A stretch of DNA of 64,000 nt from Eledone cirrhosa (lineage: Eukaryota), in the NCBI GenBank assembly GCA_964016885.1, contig OZ024740.1, forward strand, positions 71,982,001 to 72,046,000, read 5' to 3'. This document shows, one piece after another, positions 1-13,459 of the stretch; within the stretch, counting starts at the first letter, position 1; the number at the start of each line of letters is the position of its first letter. Made by a program: the position numbers and the translations under genes. Under the pieces are notes generated by a model, which was not told where the DNA came from, ran no database searches, and saw nothing but the letters and a program-made list of their open reading frames with translations.

Positions 1-137
1 TCCGTGTGGGCATAACGACGTGTAACGAAGCTGTTAGGTTAGAGAGAGGTGATTAAATACAGAGAGAGATGACACCAGATTCGTCAGCATGGTTACTGGT
101 GAATGGGAAGGTTTGGAAATATGATTACAATAACTTA

Positions 138-392
138 CCGAATTTTCCGGTCTATAAATTGCACTTAAAATAATTAAATTTAATCAAAAAACAGCTCTGC
201 GCTTTATACTCCGGTGAGCCTTATGTGTAAATAATACAATGGTAATCAATCACGGCTCTAACAGAAATAATAGATCTAGACTAAAAGTAAAGAAGATAGC
301 ATTTTCCTGGTTGGCCTTACACGCCGTTGCGCGGACCTGATTTTAAATGATACGCCTTATATCCTGGTGAGCCTTATAGAGCGGAAAATATC
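138..392. mobile_element. pogo/Tigger-like MITE (degenerate)
   Basis: TA|CCGAATTTTCCGGTCTATAA at the left end and CTTATAGAGCGGAAAATATC|TA at the right end are imperfect terminal inverted repeats (TIRs) of the CCGTATTTTCCG-type pogo end. The subterminal motif GGTGAGCCTTAT is repeated. Confidence 0.5.
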
Positions 393-1084
393 TATTGGAA
401 AAGAATACGAATTCATGACCAAGGTGTGACAAAATAGGCGTCTATACAGCGTCTGAAACAAACTTGTCCAAAACCCTAGGATTTTTCTCGTTAAGTATCC
501 ACCCAAAAGGAACCGTTTTTTAGTTACAAAAAATAACCAAAGTGTATAGTAGCTATATTTCTGACATATCATGCCAAAAAGAACAATATATTCAAAAAAC
601 GTTCTAAAGTACATTCAATCTCTCTTTTTGACCGATATCTTAATAAGCAAGTTATCGATTTTTTATTGGCTGTCAGTGTCTATCTGCATGCAGGTGTGCA
701 CGTGTGCGCAATTAATTGCAAATACGCTCATAACATTTAGTCGTAAGCAGAACAAAAAATGCCATTAGAGGTGGGCTAATAATGAAGACACAAACCCTGG
801 TGAACTTACGTTTAAACAGCCGAAAAGTTACTCACTTCCTGTGCAAAAGACTGTATTATAAATTAAGTAATTTTTTACAACTTTGTATGTGTACAATACA
901 ACTTGGTGAACGTATTATTTAGTAATTTTTTTTTTCAAAAAGCATGATTATTTAAGACTGTTTGAAAATTTACTCACAGCTTTTAGCATCACAAAAGACA
1001 CCATTAAATTTGGTTCCCTTTTCAGATAGGGATAATACTGTATTTCCACTTGAATAAGGTGGAATATGAAAAGATAAACTCTTT

Positions 1085-1419
1085 AATGGTCGGTCGTTTA
1101 CTGAGACAGCTGGGAAGACATGCAGCTGGCCGTCCAATCAATAACGCACGTCCTTATATGGGCATATGAAATTTATTTTTTATTGCGCCAGATGTAAACT
1201 AAGAGTTCTTGTGTTCGAATTCACATAAAATTTCATTGGAATCGAAAAACATTCTGTCATAGGGCCCGATTATCGATTTTTCGAAAATTTCAAGTAGCCT
1301 ATTCCACTCTACGCGTTGAGTTTTATATATGTGTGAGGTTTCATGAACATTGGATGAACGGTGTAGCATGCAAGTTCGGAACACCAAACAACGGCCATCT
1401 TCCCTTTATATATATAGAT
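1085..1419 (-). mobile_element. Non-autonomous Helitron/HINE-like element, 5' portion
   Basis: The minus strand begins TCTATATATATAAAG...CCGTTCATCCAATGTTCATGAAACCTCACACA, resembling the TC-start of short invertebrate Helitron-type elements. No 3' CTRR end was identified. Confidence 0.4.
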
Positions 1420-1435
1420 ATATATATAATACAAC

Positions 1436-1756
1436 AAAATTTAATATAGAAATGACTTCTACAGGACTCAAACTGTTTCATTCGAAGGAAATCATCTGGA
1501 AAAGCCGACTTGCTTTATGATGCGGTGGTATTTATATGTTTACTGGTGGATGGGGATGGTGGTGATTTTAAGGATGGGTAGAGGTCATAGGCTGATAAAC
1601 ATTTAGGGAACTATCCATCCTTAAAATCACCATCTTCCCCACCCACCAGTAAACATATAAATACCACCACATTATAATGCAAGTCAGCTTTTCCTGATGA
1701 TTTCATTTGAATGAAATAGTTCTAGTCCTGTAGAAACCATTTCTGTATTAAATTTT
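1436..1756. repeat. Long imperfect inverted repeat (about 145-bp arms, about 30-bp spacer)
   Basis: 1436-1581 is the reverse complement of 1611-1756 with scattered mismatches. A further single-arm copy lies at about 25825-25885. Confidence 0.9.
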
Positions 1757-1832
1757 ATATACACTACTGATGTATTAAGTACATTACTTACTGTGGTTAC
1801 GCCCGATTGAACTCGGGACAATGATTCAGTAA

Positions 1833-1883
1833 GCATCTGATGAAGTCACATGAATTACCATGTAACAGAAATATATATAATGC
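1833..1883 (+). ncRNA. Minimal type I hammerhead ribozyme motif (Penelope-associated type)
   Basis: GCAT-CTGATGA-stem II (GTCACATG/CATGTAAC)-GAAA-palindromic TATATA-TA-ATGC. Stem I GCAT/ATGC pairs perfectly and the core is intact, except for one extra A between stem II and GAAA. Confidence 0.6.
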
Positions 1884-2063
1884 AATAAACAATTATTGGG
1901 ATTTAATCCTGTCTTAACTACCATTATTTGATAAATGAATACTCCGTTACTCAATATCACCTACCTGGAATAAACTACTGACGTGTAGTGCTTTGGATCG
2001 TTAGGACCTGCTTATCACCAGAAAGTTACTGCGTAACAACTAAGATAAACAACACTCTTGTAC

Positions 2064-2064
<1 letters not shown>

Positions 2065-2160
<96 letters not shown>

Positions 2161-2673
2161 GCATCCAGTAATAGAAACCAACCCCAAAATGGAAAAATGG
2201 AATAGATGAACAAGACCTGGTCACCTGACCAGTCAAATATCAAAAGGTCTAACTCATGCAAGCATGGAAATAGATATAAGAAGGTTATAACGATAATGAT
2301 GATGAAGAAGTATATATATTTGTATACACATGCATACAAGCACTCACAAATATTGCATTTATAAGATAAAAAGATATTATGACATATTTGGTACATTAAT
2401 TTTTCTCTGGGTGTATCAATCAATATCTTAGAGTGATTGATGAAAAACCTGGCCTGAGTTGGGTGCGGTTGGGGGTGAAATGGAGTTGACACAGTACTGG
2501 GGTGGTGGGGTGGGTGAAGTGGAGGTGACAGTATATTGTAGTGGGTTTGAACTTTTATTCCTTCAACTTTGTAGTTTCATTTAGACGGACTGTATAACAT
2601 CCCCATAGGACAGTCAATAGGAATTGGAAATAGCAATTATCATTGCAAAGAAAGAATACATACATACATAGAT

Positions 2674-2753
<80 letters not shown>

Positions 2754-3200
2754 ATCGTCATCATCATCATCATTATTATTATTGCGGTCATCCTAATGTC
2801 CACTTTCCTTGCTAATATGTATGTGCCTGTGTGTGTGTGTTTATGTGTGTGTGTGTGTGTGCGTGTATGTATGTATAGTATATACACATATATGCATACA
2901 AGCATGGAAAAGTGGATATAAAATGAGATGATACATATATATATATTATATATATATATACATATATAAATATGTACATACATACATACATTCATACATA
3001 TATACATATATAATAAATACATACATGCACACATGCATATATAATACGCACATACATGCACACATGCATACATACATATATATATATATATGTATATATA
3101 TATGTGTGTGTGCGTGTGTATATATATATATATAAATGTATGCATGTATGTATGAATGCATGTATGCTTGTATGTCTGTATGTATGTCTGTATGTAGATA
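2065..3200. repeat. (CA)n/(TA)n/(TATG)n microsatellite clusters with a unique spacer at about 2165-2655
   Basis: Directly visible dinucleotide and tetranucleotide runs. Confidence 0.9.
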
Positions 3201-3319
3201 TTTATGAAGAGTTGCTAAGGAATATCGTACAATAGCTAGTTCCATCAATGAAGCCTGTTCTCCTGTTGAATGACTCACTGTCACTTCAGATGATGTGTGA
3301 TAGCATCCACACTGTCATA

Positions 3320-3342
3320 TTACTACTACTACCACCACCACC

Positions 3343-3392
<50 letters not shown>

Positions 3393-3399
3393 CTCCTCC

Positions 3400-3461
<62 letters not shown>

Positions 3462-3540
3462 CACCACCACCACCACCACCACCACCACCACTACTACTAC
3501 TACTACTACCACCACCACCACCACCACCACCACCACCACC

Positions 3541-3582
<42 letters not shown>

Positions 3583-3795
3583 TCCACCACCACCACCACC
3601 ACCACCACCACCACTACTACTACTACTACCACCACCACCTCCACCACCACTACCACCACCACCACCACCACCACTACTACTACTACCACCACCACCACCA
3701 CCACCACCACCACTACTACTACCACTACCACCACCACCACCACCACTACCACCACCACCACCACCACCACCACCACCACCACCACCACCACCACC

Positions 3796-3839
<44 letters not shown>

Positions 3840-3990
3840 CACCACCACCACCACCACCACTACTACTACCACCACCACCACCACCACCACAACTACTAAT
3901 ACTACTACTACTACTACCACCACCACCACTACTACTACTACTACCACCACCACCAGCACCACCACCACTACCACCACCAGCACCACCACC

Positions 3991-4034
<44 letters not shown>

Positions 4035-4080
4035 CACCACCACCACCACCACTACTACTACCACCACCACCAGCACCACC

Positions 4081-4166
<86 letters not shown>

Positions 4167-4215
4167 CACTACTACTACTACTACCACCACCACCAGCACC
4201 ACCACCACTACCACC

Positions 4216-4286
<71 letters not shown>

Positions 4287-4563
4287 CACCACCACCACTA
4301 CCACCACCACCACCACCACCACTACTACCACCACCACCACCACCACCACCACTACTACCACCACCACCACCACTACCACCACCACTACTACTACTACCAC
4401 CACCACCACCACCACTACTACTACCACCACCACCACCACCACCACCACCACCACCACCACTACTACTACTACTACCACTACCACCACCACCACCACCACC
4501 ACCACCACCACTACTACTACTACCACTACCACCACCACCACCACCACCACCACCACCACCACC

Positions 4564-4607
<44 letters not shown>

Positions 4608-4635
4608 TACTACTACTACTACAACCACTACCACC

Positions 4636-4697
<62 letters not shown>

Positions 4698-4741
4698 CAC
4701 TACTACTACTACTACTACCACCACCACCACCACCGCCGCCG

Positions 4742-4772
<31 letters not shown>

Positions 4773-4812
4773 TACTACTACCACTACTACTACTACCACT
4801 ACCACCACCACA

Positions 4813-4847
<35 letters not shown>

Positions 4848-4917
4848 CACTACTACTACCACTACTACTACTACCACCACCACCACCACCACCACCACCA
4901 CTACTACTACCACCACC

Positions 4918-4970
<53 letters not shown>

Positions 4971-5229
4971 CACCACTACTACTACTACTACCACCACCAC
5001 CAGCACCACCACCACTACCACCACCAGCACCACCACCACTACTACCACCACCACCACCACCACCACCACTACTACCACCACCACCACCACTACCACCACC
5101 ACTACTACTACTACTACCACCACCACCACCACTACTACTACCACCACCACCACCACCACCACTACTACTACTACGACCACTACCACCACCACCACCACCA
5201 CCACTACTACTACTACCACTACCACCACC

Positions 5230-5273
<44 letters not shown>

Positions 5274-5283
5274 CACCACCACC

Positions 5284-5324
<41 letters not shown>

Positions 5325-5398
5325 TACTACTACTACTACCACTACCACCACCACCACCACCACCACCACCACCACCACCACCACCACCACTACTACTA

Positions 5399-5441
<43 letters not shown>

Positions 5442-5520
5442 CACCGCCGCTACTACTACTACTACTACTACCACCACTACTACTACCACTACTACTACTA
5501 CCACTACCACTACCACCACC

Positions 5521-5564
<44 letters not shown>

Positions 5565-5680
5565 CACTACTACTACCACTACTACTACTACCACCACCAC
5601 CACCACCACCACCACCACCACCACCACCACCACCACCACCACCACTACTACTACTACCACCACCACCACCACCGCCGCCG

Positions 5681-5741
<61 letters not shown>

Positions 5742-5866
5742 CACTACTACTACCACTACTACTACTACCACTACCACTACTACTACTACTACCACCACTA
5801 CTACTACTACCACTACCACCACCACCACCACCACCACCACCACCACCACCACCACCACCGCCGCCG

Positions 5867-5903
<37 letters not shown>

Positions 5904-6204
5904 TACTACTACCACTACTACTACTACCACTACCACTACCACCACTACCACTACCACCACCACCACCACCACCACCACTACTACTACTACCACTACCACC
6001 ACAACCACCACCACAACAACCACAGCCACTACTACTACTACCACTACCACCACCACCACCACCACCACCACCACAATCACCACCACCACCACCACCACCA
6101 TCACCACCATCACCACCACTACAATCACCACCACTACCACCACCACCACCACCACCACCACTACTACTACTACCACCACCACCACCACCACCACCACCAC
6201 CACC

Positions 6205-6263
<59 letters not shown>

Positions 6264-6285
6264 CACCACCACCACCACCACCACC

Positions 6286-6329
<44 letters not shown>

Positions 6330-6354
6330 CAGTACTACTACTACTACTACTACT

Positions 6355-6437
<83 letters not shown>

Positions 6438-6498
6438 CACCACCACCACCACCACCACCACCACCACTACTACTACTACCACCACCACCACCACCACC

Positions 6499-6548
<50 letters not shown>

Positions 6549-6642
6549 CACTACTACTACTACTACCACCACCACCAGCACCACCACCAGCACCACCACC
6601 ACTACTACCACCACCACCACCACTACTACCACCACCACCACC

Positions 6643-6674
<32 letters not shown>

Positions 6675-6697
6675 CACCACCACCACCACCGCCGCCG

Positions 6698-6743
<46 letters not shown>

Positions 6744-6790
6744 TACTACTACCACTACTACTACTACCACCACCACCACCACCAGTACTA

Positions 6791-6857
<67 letters not shown>

Positions 6858-6871
6858 CACCACCGCCGCCG

Positions 6872-6923
<52 letters not shown>

Positions 6924-6954
6924 TACTACTACCACTACTACTACTACCACCACC

Positions 6955-7001
<47 letters not shown>

Positions 7002-7059
7002 CACTACTACTACTACTACTACTACCACTACCACTACCACCACCACCACCACCACCACC

Positions 7060-7109
<50 letters not shown>

Positions 7110-7173
7110 CACTACTACTACCACTACTACTACTACCACCACCACCACCACCACCACCACCACCACCACCACC

Positions 7174-7217
<44 letters not shown>

Positions 7218-7231
7218 CACCACCGCCAACG

Positions 7232-7280
<49 letters not shown>

Positions 7281-7560
7281 CACTACTACTACCACTACTA
7301 CTACTACCACTACCACCACAACCACCACCACAACAACCACAGCCACTACTACTACTACCACTACCACCACCACCACCACCACCACCACCACCACCACCAC
7401 AATCACCACCACCACCACCACCACCACCACCACCACCATCACCACCACTACAATCACCACCACCACCACCACCACCACCACCATCACCACCACCATCACC
7501 ACCACCACCACCAACACCACCATCACCACCACCACCACCACCATCACCACCACCACCACT
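3320..7560. repeat. 4.2-kb compound (ACC)n/(ACT)n trinucleotide array
   Basis: Alternating blocks of ACC and ACT with rare AGC/GCC/ACA/ATC variants. The triplet phase is never lost. Confidence 0.97.
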
Positions 7561-7715
7561 GTCGAAATGTTGCTTCTCTGAATTTTTTCTATAAATATTT
7601 TTTATAGGAATGGTTCTGTTGAGTTTTTTTCCCTTTGTTGCCTCAATTCACATATTTTAACTGAGCCCCAGATTAGTGGCTAGGTCTCATCCATTTACAG
7701 TTGAAATTCCTTGAA

Positions 7716-8518
7716 GTTTCTATTCCCATAGTTTCTATTCCCCTAGTTTCTTCCATAGTTTCTATTCCCATAGTTTCTTCCATAGTTTCTATTCCCATAG
7801 TTTCTATTCCCATAGTTTCTTCCATAGTTTCTATTCCCATAGTTTCTTCCATAGTTTCTATTCCCATAGTTTCTATTCCCATAGTTTCTATTCCCATAGT
7901 TTCTATTCCCATAGTTTCTTCCATAGTTTCTATTCCCATAGTTTCTATTCCCATAGTTTCTTCCATAGTTTCTATTCCCATAGTTTCTATTCCCATAGTT
8001 TCTTCCATAGTTTCTATTCCCATAATTTCTATTCCCATAGTTTCTTCCATAGTTTCTATTCCCATAGTTTCTATTCCCATAGTTTCTATTCCCATAGTTT
8101 CTTCCATAGTTTCTATTCCCATAGTTTCTTCCATAGTTTCTTCCATAGTTTCTATTCCCATAGTTTCTATTCCCATAGTTTCTTCCATAGTTTCTATTCC
8201 CATAGTTTCTATTCCCATAGTTTCTTCCATAGTTTCTATTCCCATAGTTTCTTCCATAGTTTCTATTCCCATAGTTTCTATTCCCATAGTTTCTTCCATA
8301 GTTTCTATTCCCATAGTTTCTATTCCCATAGTTTCTTCCATAGTTTCTATTCCCATAGTTTCTTCCATAGTTTCTATTCCCATAGTTTCTATTCCCATAG
8401 TTTCTTCCATAGTTTCTATTCCCATAATTTCTATTCCCATAGTTTCTTCCATAGTTTCTATTCCCATAGTTTCTATTCCCATAGTTTCTTCCATAGTTTC
8501 TATTCCCATAGTTTCTTC
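7716..8518. repeat. Two-unit minisatellite (15-bp GTTTCTATTCCCATA and 12-bp GTTTCTTCCATA)
   Basis: Nearly perfect, interspersed tandem copies of the two units over about 800 bp. Confidence 0.97.
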
Positions 8519-8711
8519 TCTGGCACATCTCACCTATGGAAATCTTTTCCATTCCTGACCACTACAATTTGCAAAAATTTCAAAAGTAACACCAATCGCC
8601 ATCTTTCCCCTCTCTCCTAAAATTGTGTTCTCTCTGTCTTGTTCTTCTCCCTTTTCAGTAACCCCTTGCATTTTAGTGGTTTTATTGCCTTGCTTGGGAT
8701 GACTAAAAAAT

Positions 8712-10710
8712 ACCATCATCATCATCATCATCGTCGTCATCATCATTGTTATCTTTATCACCATCATCAGCATCACCCCACCACCATCACCATCACCACC
8801 ACCATTACCATCATCACAACCACCACCATCACCATAACCGCCATCACCACCAGCACCACAACTACCACCATCATCGTCACACACCACCACCTCCACCACT
8901 ACCACAACAACCACCACCACAACCACCACTAGCACCACCATCATCGTCACCACAAGCACCACCACCATCGTCACACACCACCACAACCATCACCATCACT
9001 ACCACCACCATCATCGTCCCCACCAGCACCACCATCACTACCACCACCATCATCATCATCACGACCACCATCACCACCACCACAACAACCACCTGCACCA
9101 CCATCATCGTCACCACCGGCACCACCACACAACCACCACCAGCACCACAACCACCACCAACACCACCATCATCGTTACACACCACCACCACCACCACCAT
9201 CACTACCACCACAACCGCCACCACCATCACCACTGCCATCATCATCACTACCAGCACCACAACCACCACCAACACCAACATCACCATCCCCACCACCATC
9301 ATCGTCAACACCAAACCACCACTACCATCATCCCCAACCACCACCACCACCACCACCACCATCACCATCACCAGGACGACGACCAAAAAACGTTACAATA
9401 TCAAACAAAACAATAGAGGAAAAATATTTAAAATAATACAAAAAGAAAATATAGCCAAGGTTTATGGATTTTTTGTTTTATTTTATTATTGTTTTTATGG
9501 CTTAATGAAAGTGGGATTAAGCCACGCCCATGACATGTGTCTGTTATGTAGGTATAGTGGTGAATAAGGGTGGGGGCAGTGTTTGGTGGGGAGGGCAAGA
9601 GTGGAAGGGGAGGCGGAGACCTTTTTGGGACGATTGCAACAGAGTGGACCCAGTTAAAGGTGTTGTGGCGGCGGTAGCGGTGGTGGTCATGGTGTTGGTG
9701 TTGGTGATGGCGGTGGTGGTGGTGGTGGTGGTGGTGGTGGTGGTAGTGGTGTTGGTGGTGGCGGTGGTGGTGGCGGTGTTGGTGGTGGCGGTGGTGGTGG
9801 TGGTGATGGTGTTGGTAGTGGTGTTGGTGGTGGCGGTAGCGGTTGTGGTGGTGGCGGTGGCGGTAGTGGTGGTGTTGGTGGTGCTGGAGATGGGGGTGGG
9901 CGTTGTGGTGGTTGTGATAGTGATGGAGGTGGTGGCAGTAATAGCAATGGCGGCGGCGGTGGTTGTGGTGGTGATGACGGTGGGCAGGGTTGTGGTACTA
10001 GTGGTGTTGGTGGTGTTGGTGATGGTAATGGCGGTGTTGATGTTAATGATGGTGATGATAGTGCTGGTTGTGGTGGCAGTGGTGGTGTTAGTGTAGATGT
10101 TGTTGTTGGTGGTGGTGTTGCTGATGTTGTTGGTGGCGATGGTGGTAGTGGTGGTGCTGGTGACTGTTGGTGGAATTGGTTGTATTGTTGTTTGTGGTGG
10201 TAGTACTGTTGTTGTTTGTGGTGGTGGTGTTGGTAGTGGTGATGATAGGGATAGTGGTATAAGTAGTTGGGATTAAAGGTATCCATCTATGACCATCCAA
10301 CCAGTTTGCTTATAATCAAGACTACATAGTAATACACCCTTCCACTATTATTACCATCTTCCTTCACTCCCTTCCACTATCATCATCATCACTAACACCA
10401 CCATCATCCCTTTCCACTATCACCACCTTCACCTTCACTACTATCACCATCATCATCATCACCATTACCATCGTCACCACTTTCATCACCTTCACTACTT
10501 TCTCCCACATCAACATGACTCCCTTCCAACATAATCATCATCACCATCATCACTACCATCACCATCACCACCGTCATTGTCACCACCGCCATCATCACCA
10601 TCACTACCATCATCATCATCATAATCATTATCATAATCATCATCACCACTATTATCAACAACAACAACAGAACACCACCACCACCACCACCATCACCAAC
10701 ACTGCCACTT
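8712..10710. repeat. Degenerate (ACC/ATC)n and (GGT)n trinucleotide tracts separated by short unique islands
   Basis: 8712-9375 is C-rich, 9660-10260 is G-rich and 10340-10710 is C-rich. Confidence 0.85.
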
Positions 10711-10984
10711 CCATCATTTGAAATACGGGTGCTATACATCCAACAGAATTCCAAGTAGTTTCTGCCTACCCAATTTCATTCAACATGCCACACAGTAAGA
10801 TCAAGCCCAGGACCTTATGATAGCAAATTGAACTTCTTAACTATTTGGCCAACCCTAGATATGTACTGTGGCTGAAAAAGAAAAGCATGATGGCCATGGC
10901 TGGAATGTATGTCCAGTTTATAAAAACATCTGAACATTTCTGAAGCTTACAACTTCCTTCCATGGCTACATGTCTCCCAACAGC

Positions 10985-11255
10985 TGTCTTCTTACAAATG
11001 ACTCCCTACAGATGCTACTCTACAGATGTTACCCTACAGATGTTTCCCTACAGATGTCACCCTACAAGTGTTCCTCTACAAATGTAACCCTACAGATGTC
11101 TCTCCATGGATGACACTTACAGATGTCTCCCTACAATCATCACCCTTCATATGTCACCCTACAAATATCTACCTACAAATGTCATCCTACAGATATCTTC
11201 CTACAAATGTCTCCCTACAGATGTCTCCCTCCAGATGTAACCCTACAGATGTTCA
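10985..11255. repeat. Degenerate 15-16 bp minisatellite (core CCCTACAGATGT)
   Basis: Repeated CCTACAGATGT/CCTACAAATGT cores. Confidence 0.85.
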
Positions 11256-11519
11256 AGATAAACATCAACTCTATTGATCTGACCAGTGAGTATGGTCTGC
11301 AAAGGTTAATTAATTGATATGGCCCCTTTCTAATTATTCCATGGCTGATCAATAGATTAGCAATTTTAATTATATGTAGATTAGATCATTAATTCTCTGT
11401 AGATTTTCCACTCATATCCACATTACCTGATCTTTCATCACTTGATATACTCGACATCCTTTGGGTATATTTGACAAAAATGGTCAGACATTATTATTGG
11501 CCTTTTTTGTAACACTTTT

Positions 11520-11912
11520 GTTAGTATATTTATAATGAAAACCACTATATTTTAATTAAAAAAGAATTTGGGAGAATTTACTAAAATTTCTAATTATTTC
11601 ATGACTAACTTTTTCGTTATCATATTTATAATGAAATAAGATATATTTGTATTCATTAATGAAGAATTTGGAGGGATTTGAGATTTACTAAAATTAATAT
11701 TCCATTTATTAAGTCTTTGGTTATCATATTTATTATGAAAACACATTTTTTTTTATTAATTAATGAATTAATTACTGAAGAACTTGAAGGAATTTACTAA
11801 AATTATTAATTATTTCATTATCAACCCTTTCATTACTGTATTTCTAATGAAAGATGCTGCCTACATTATTCCAGTTATTTTGAAAATAATCAAGAATTTA
11901 GAGAGATTTAGT
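11520..11912. repeat. AT-rich dispersed repeat with internal tandem subunits
   Basis: Recurring TAATGAAA...GAAGAATTT...ATTTACTAAAATT units. Related segments lie at about 16530-16760, 30230-30480 and 40270-40500. Confidence 0.6.
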
Positions 11913-11924
11913 AATGGATGACCT

Positions 11925-12105
11925 AGGTATAGAGTCTGTCACCCTCCCCCTTGCCCCTGTCTTTCTTCCTTTGTCTAATAGTCCTTGCTCTTTCGCTCCT
12001 TTTCCTTTTATTTATGGCATTTATAGTCCTTTCCAATATTGCTTTCCTTTTCTGTATTCCTTTTCTGTATGTTTGACAATTTTACAGTTATATCAACAAT
12101 AAATT
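11925..12105 (+). mobile_element. 3' UTR fragment of the CRE-like LINE family
   Basis: AGGTATAGAGTCTGTCACCCTCCCC...CTAATAGTCCTTGCTCT matches the UTR that follows the CRE-like coding fragment at 25540-25610. Confidence 0.6.
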
Positions 12106-12119
12106 TAATCCCATAATAT

Positions 12120-12390
12120 ATCATCATCACCGTTTTACGTCCATTTTTCCATGCTAGCATGGGTTAGACAAGTTGTCCTGCTGTGGGTAATGCTAGGTCA
12201 GGTGACCATATTTTGCTCATACAGAACTGATTTTGGCTTGGTTTCTACTGCTGGATGTCCTTCCTAATGCCAACCTCATTTACAGTGGGTGCTTTTTGTC
12301 GTGACACCTACATGACCACTTTAGAGTGTGGGCTGGGTGCTTTTTGTCGTGACACCTACACGACCACTTTGCAGTGTGAGGGTGGGGTGG

Positions 12391-12395
<5 letters not shown>
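12120..12395 (-). mobile_element. RTE LINE/SINE 3' end with (GAT)n tail
   Basis: Matches the 3' UTR of the RTE element at 34654-34950. Confidence 0.75.
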
Positions 12396-12435
<40 letters not shown>

Positions 12436-12619
12436 TGATATTAAATAAATGGAAACTATATTTATAAAACCATATAGTTTCCATTTATTTAATCAATGTA
12501 TATTATACTCCAGAAAAATGTTGAGTGCTCTAAATCAGTTATAAACATTTATATTTGTTGAATTATCAACAAATTGAATATCCCTTCTGCTTATATATAT
12601 ATATATATATATATGTATG

Positions 12620-12780
12620 TAAAAGGTAAACAGAAATAACAACACAATCGGTACAGTATATGGAAGGGATATATTAGGTTAACGCTTGATATAGCAGGAA
12701 GAGGGTCTTAACGTTTCGGACGCTAGAGGTTCATCAGAAGAAACAATGAGAAATAAGATAGATTGAGGGGACGGGCGGGA
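12620..12780 (-). mobile_element. Penelope-type short repeat with hammerhead motif (12706-12741)
   Basis: Minus strand TCTT-CTGATGA-acctctagcgtcc-GAAACGTT-AAGA. Same family as 25895-26060 and 50190-50360. Confidence 0.55.
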
Positions 12781-13459
12781 TGGAATTGGAAAAAATGTCT
12801 TGCAAAATGGTGATAATGGTGATATATAAATTTACATATATGTATGTTTGGACCTGTAACTTCTTATGGAGTTGTAAGGGCACAGTCATGACATACAGCA
12901 TGCCTTTGTGGACTTTAAACCTGGCAGAGCCCATCTTCTCTTCACAGCTGATTTCTTACAGAGAAGGAGAGAAAGTGATAGAGAGGCAGTGAGAAAGAGA
13001 TATAGAGGAAGAATTGATCCCAGTACTTGACTGGTACTTTTTTTATCGACCGGAACAAATACTGAAAAACATACCATTTGACATTCTAACAAACACCTCC
13101 TCCTCCTCCCTCCCTCCTCAACCCCCTCCCCTCCTCCTTTTCCCACACCCACCCACCCCTACTCATCCTCCTCCTTCTCCACCACCACTCCATCTCCTCC
13201 TCCACCCCACCCCATCCTCCCCTCAACCTCCTCCTCCACATTCTTCTTCTTCTTCTTCTTCATAAGACAATTGCTATCTCAGGTTGTCATTTGTCTGATC
13301 AGTTCCATTCTGTGGAGGCTGACAACTTGGGCCCCACCAAACACAGTCAATTTGCCACCTCTAATTTGTATAGGAATCCTTTAAAATTGGGTGATTTTGT
13401 TTCATAGAACAAACAGCAGTTATGTGTGAGTTGGCATCAATAGGATTTAACATAATTCA

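Noticed and set aside
1694-1735. Hammerhead in the right arm of the inverted repeat
   Set aside because: Core-like motifs are present but stem I cannot form, and the two homologous copies read CAGATGA.
3248-7594. 1448-aa Pro/Leu ORF and 1414-aa poly-Val antisense ORF
   Set aside because: Both are automatic consequences of a stop-free trinucleotide array, with no domain content.
7716-8518. CRISPR-like regular array
   Set aside because: There are no unique spacers and the context is eukaryotic; this is a tandem minisatellite.
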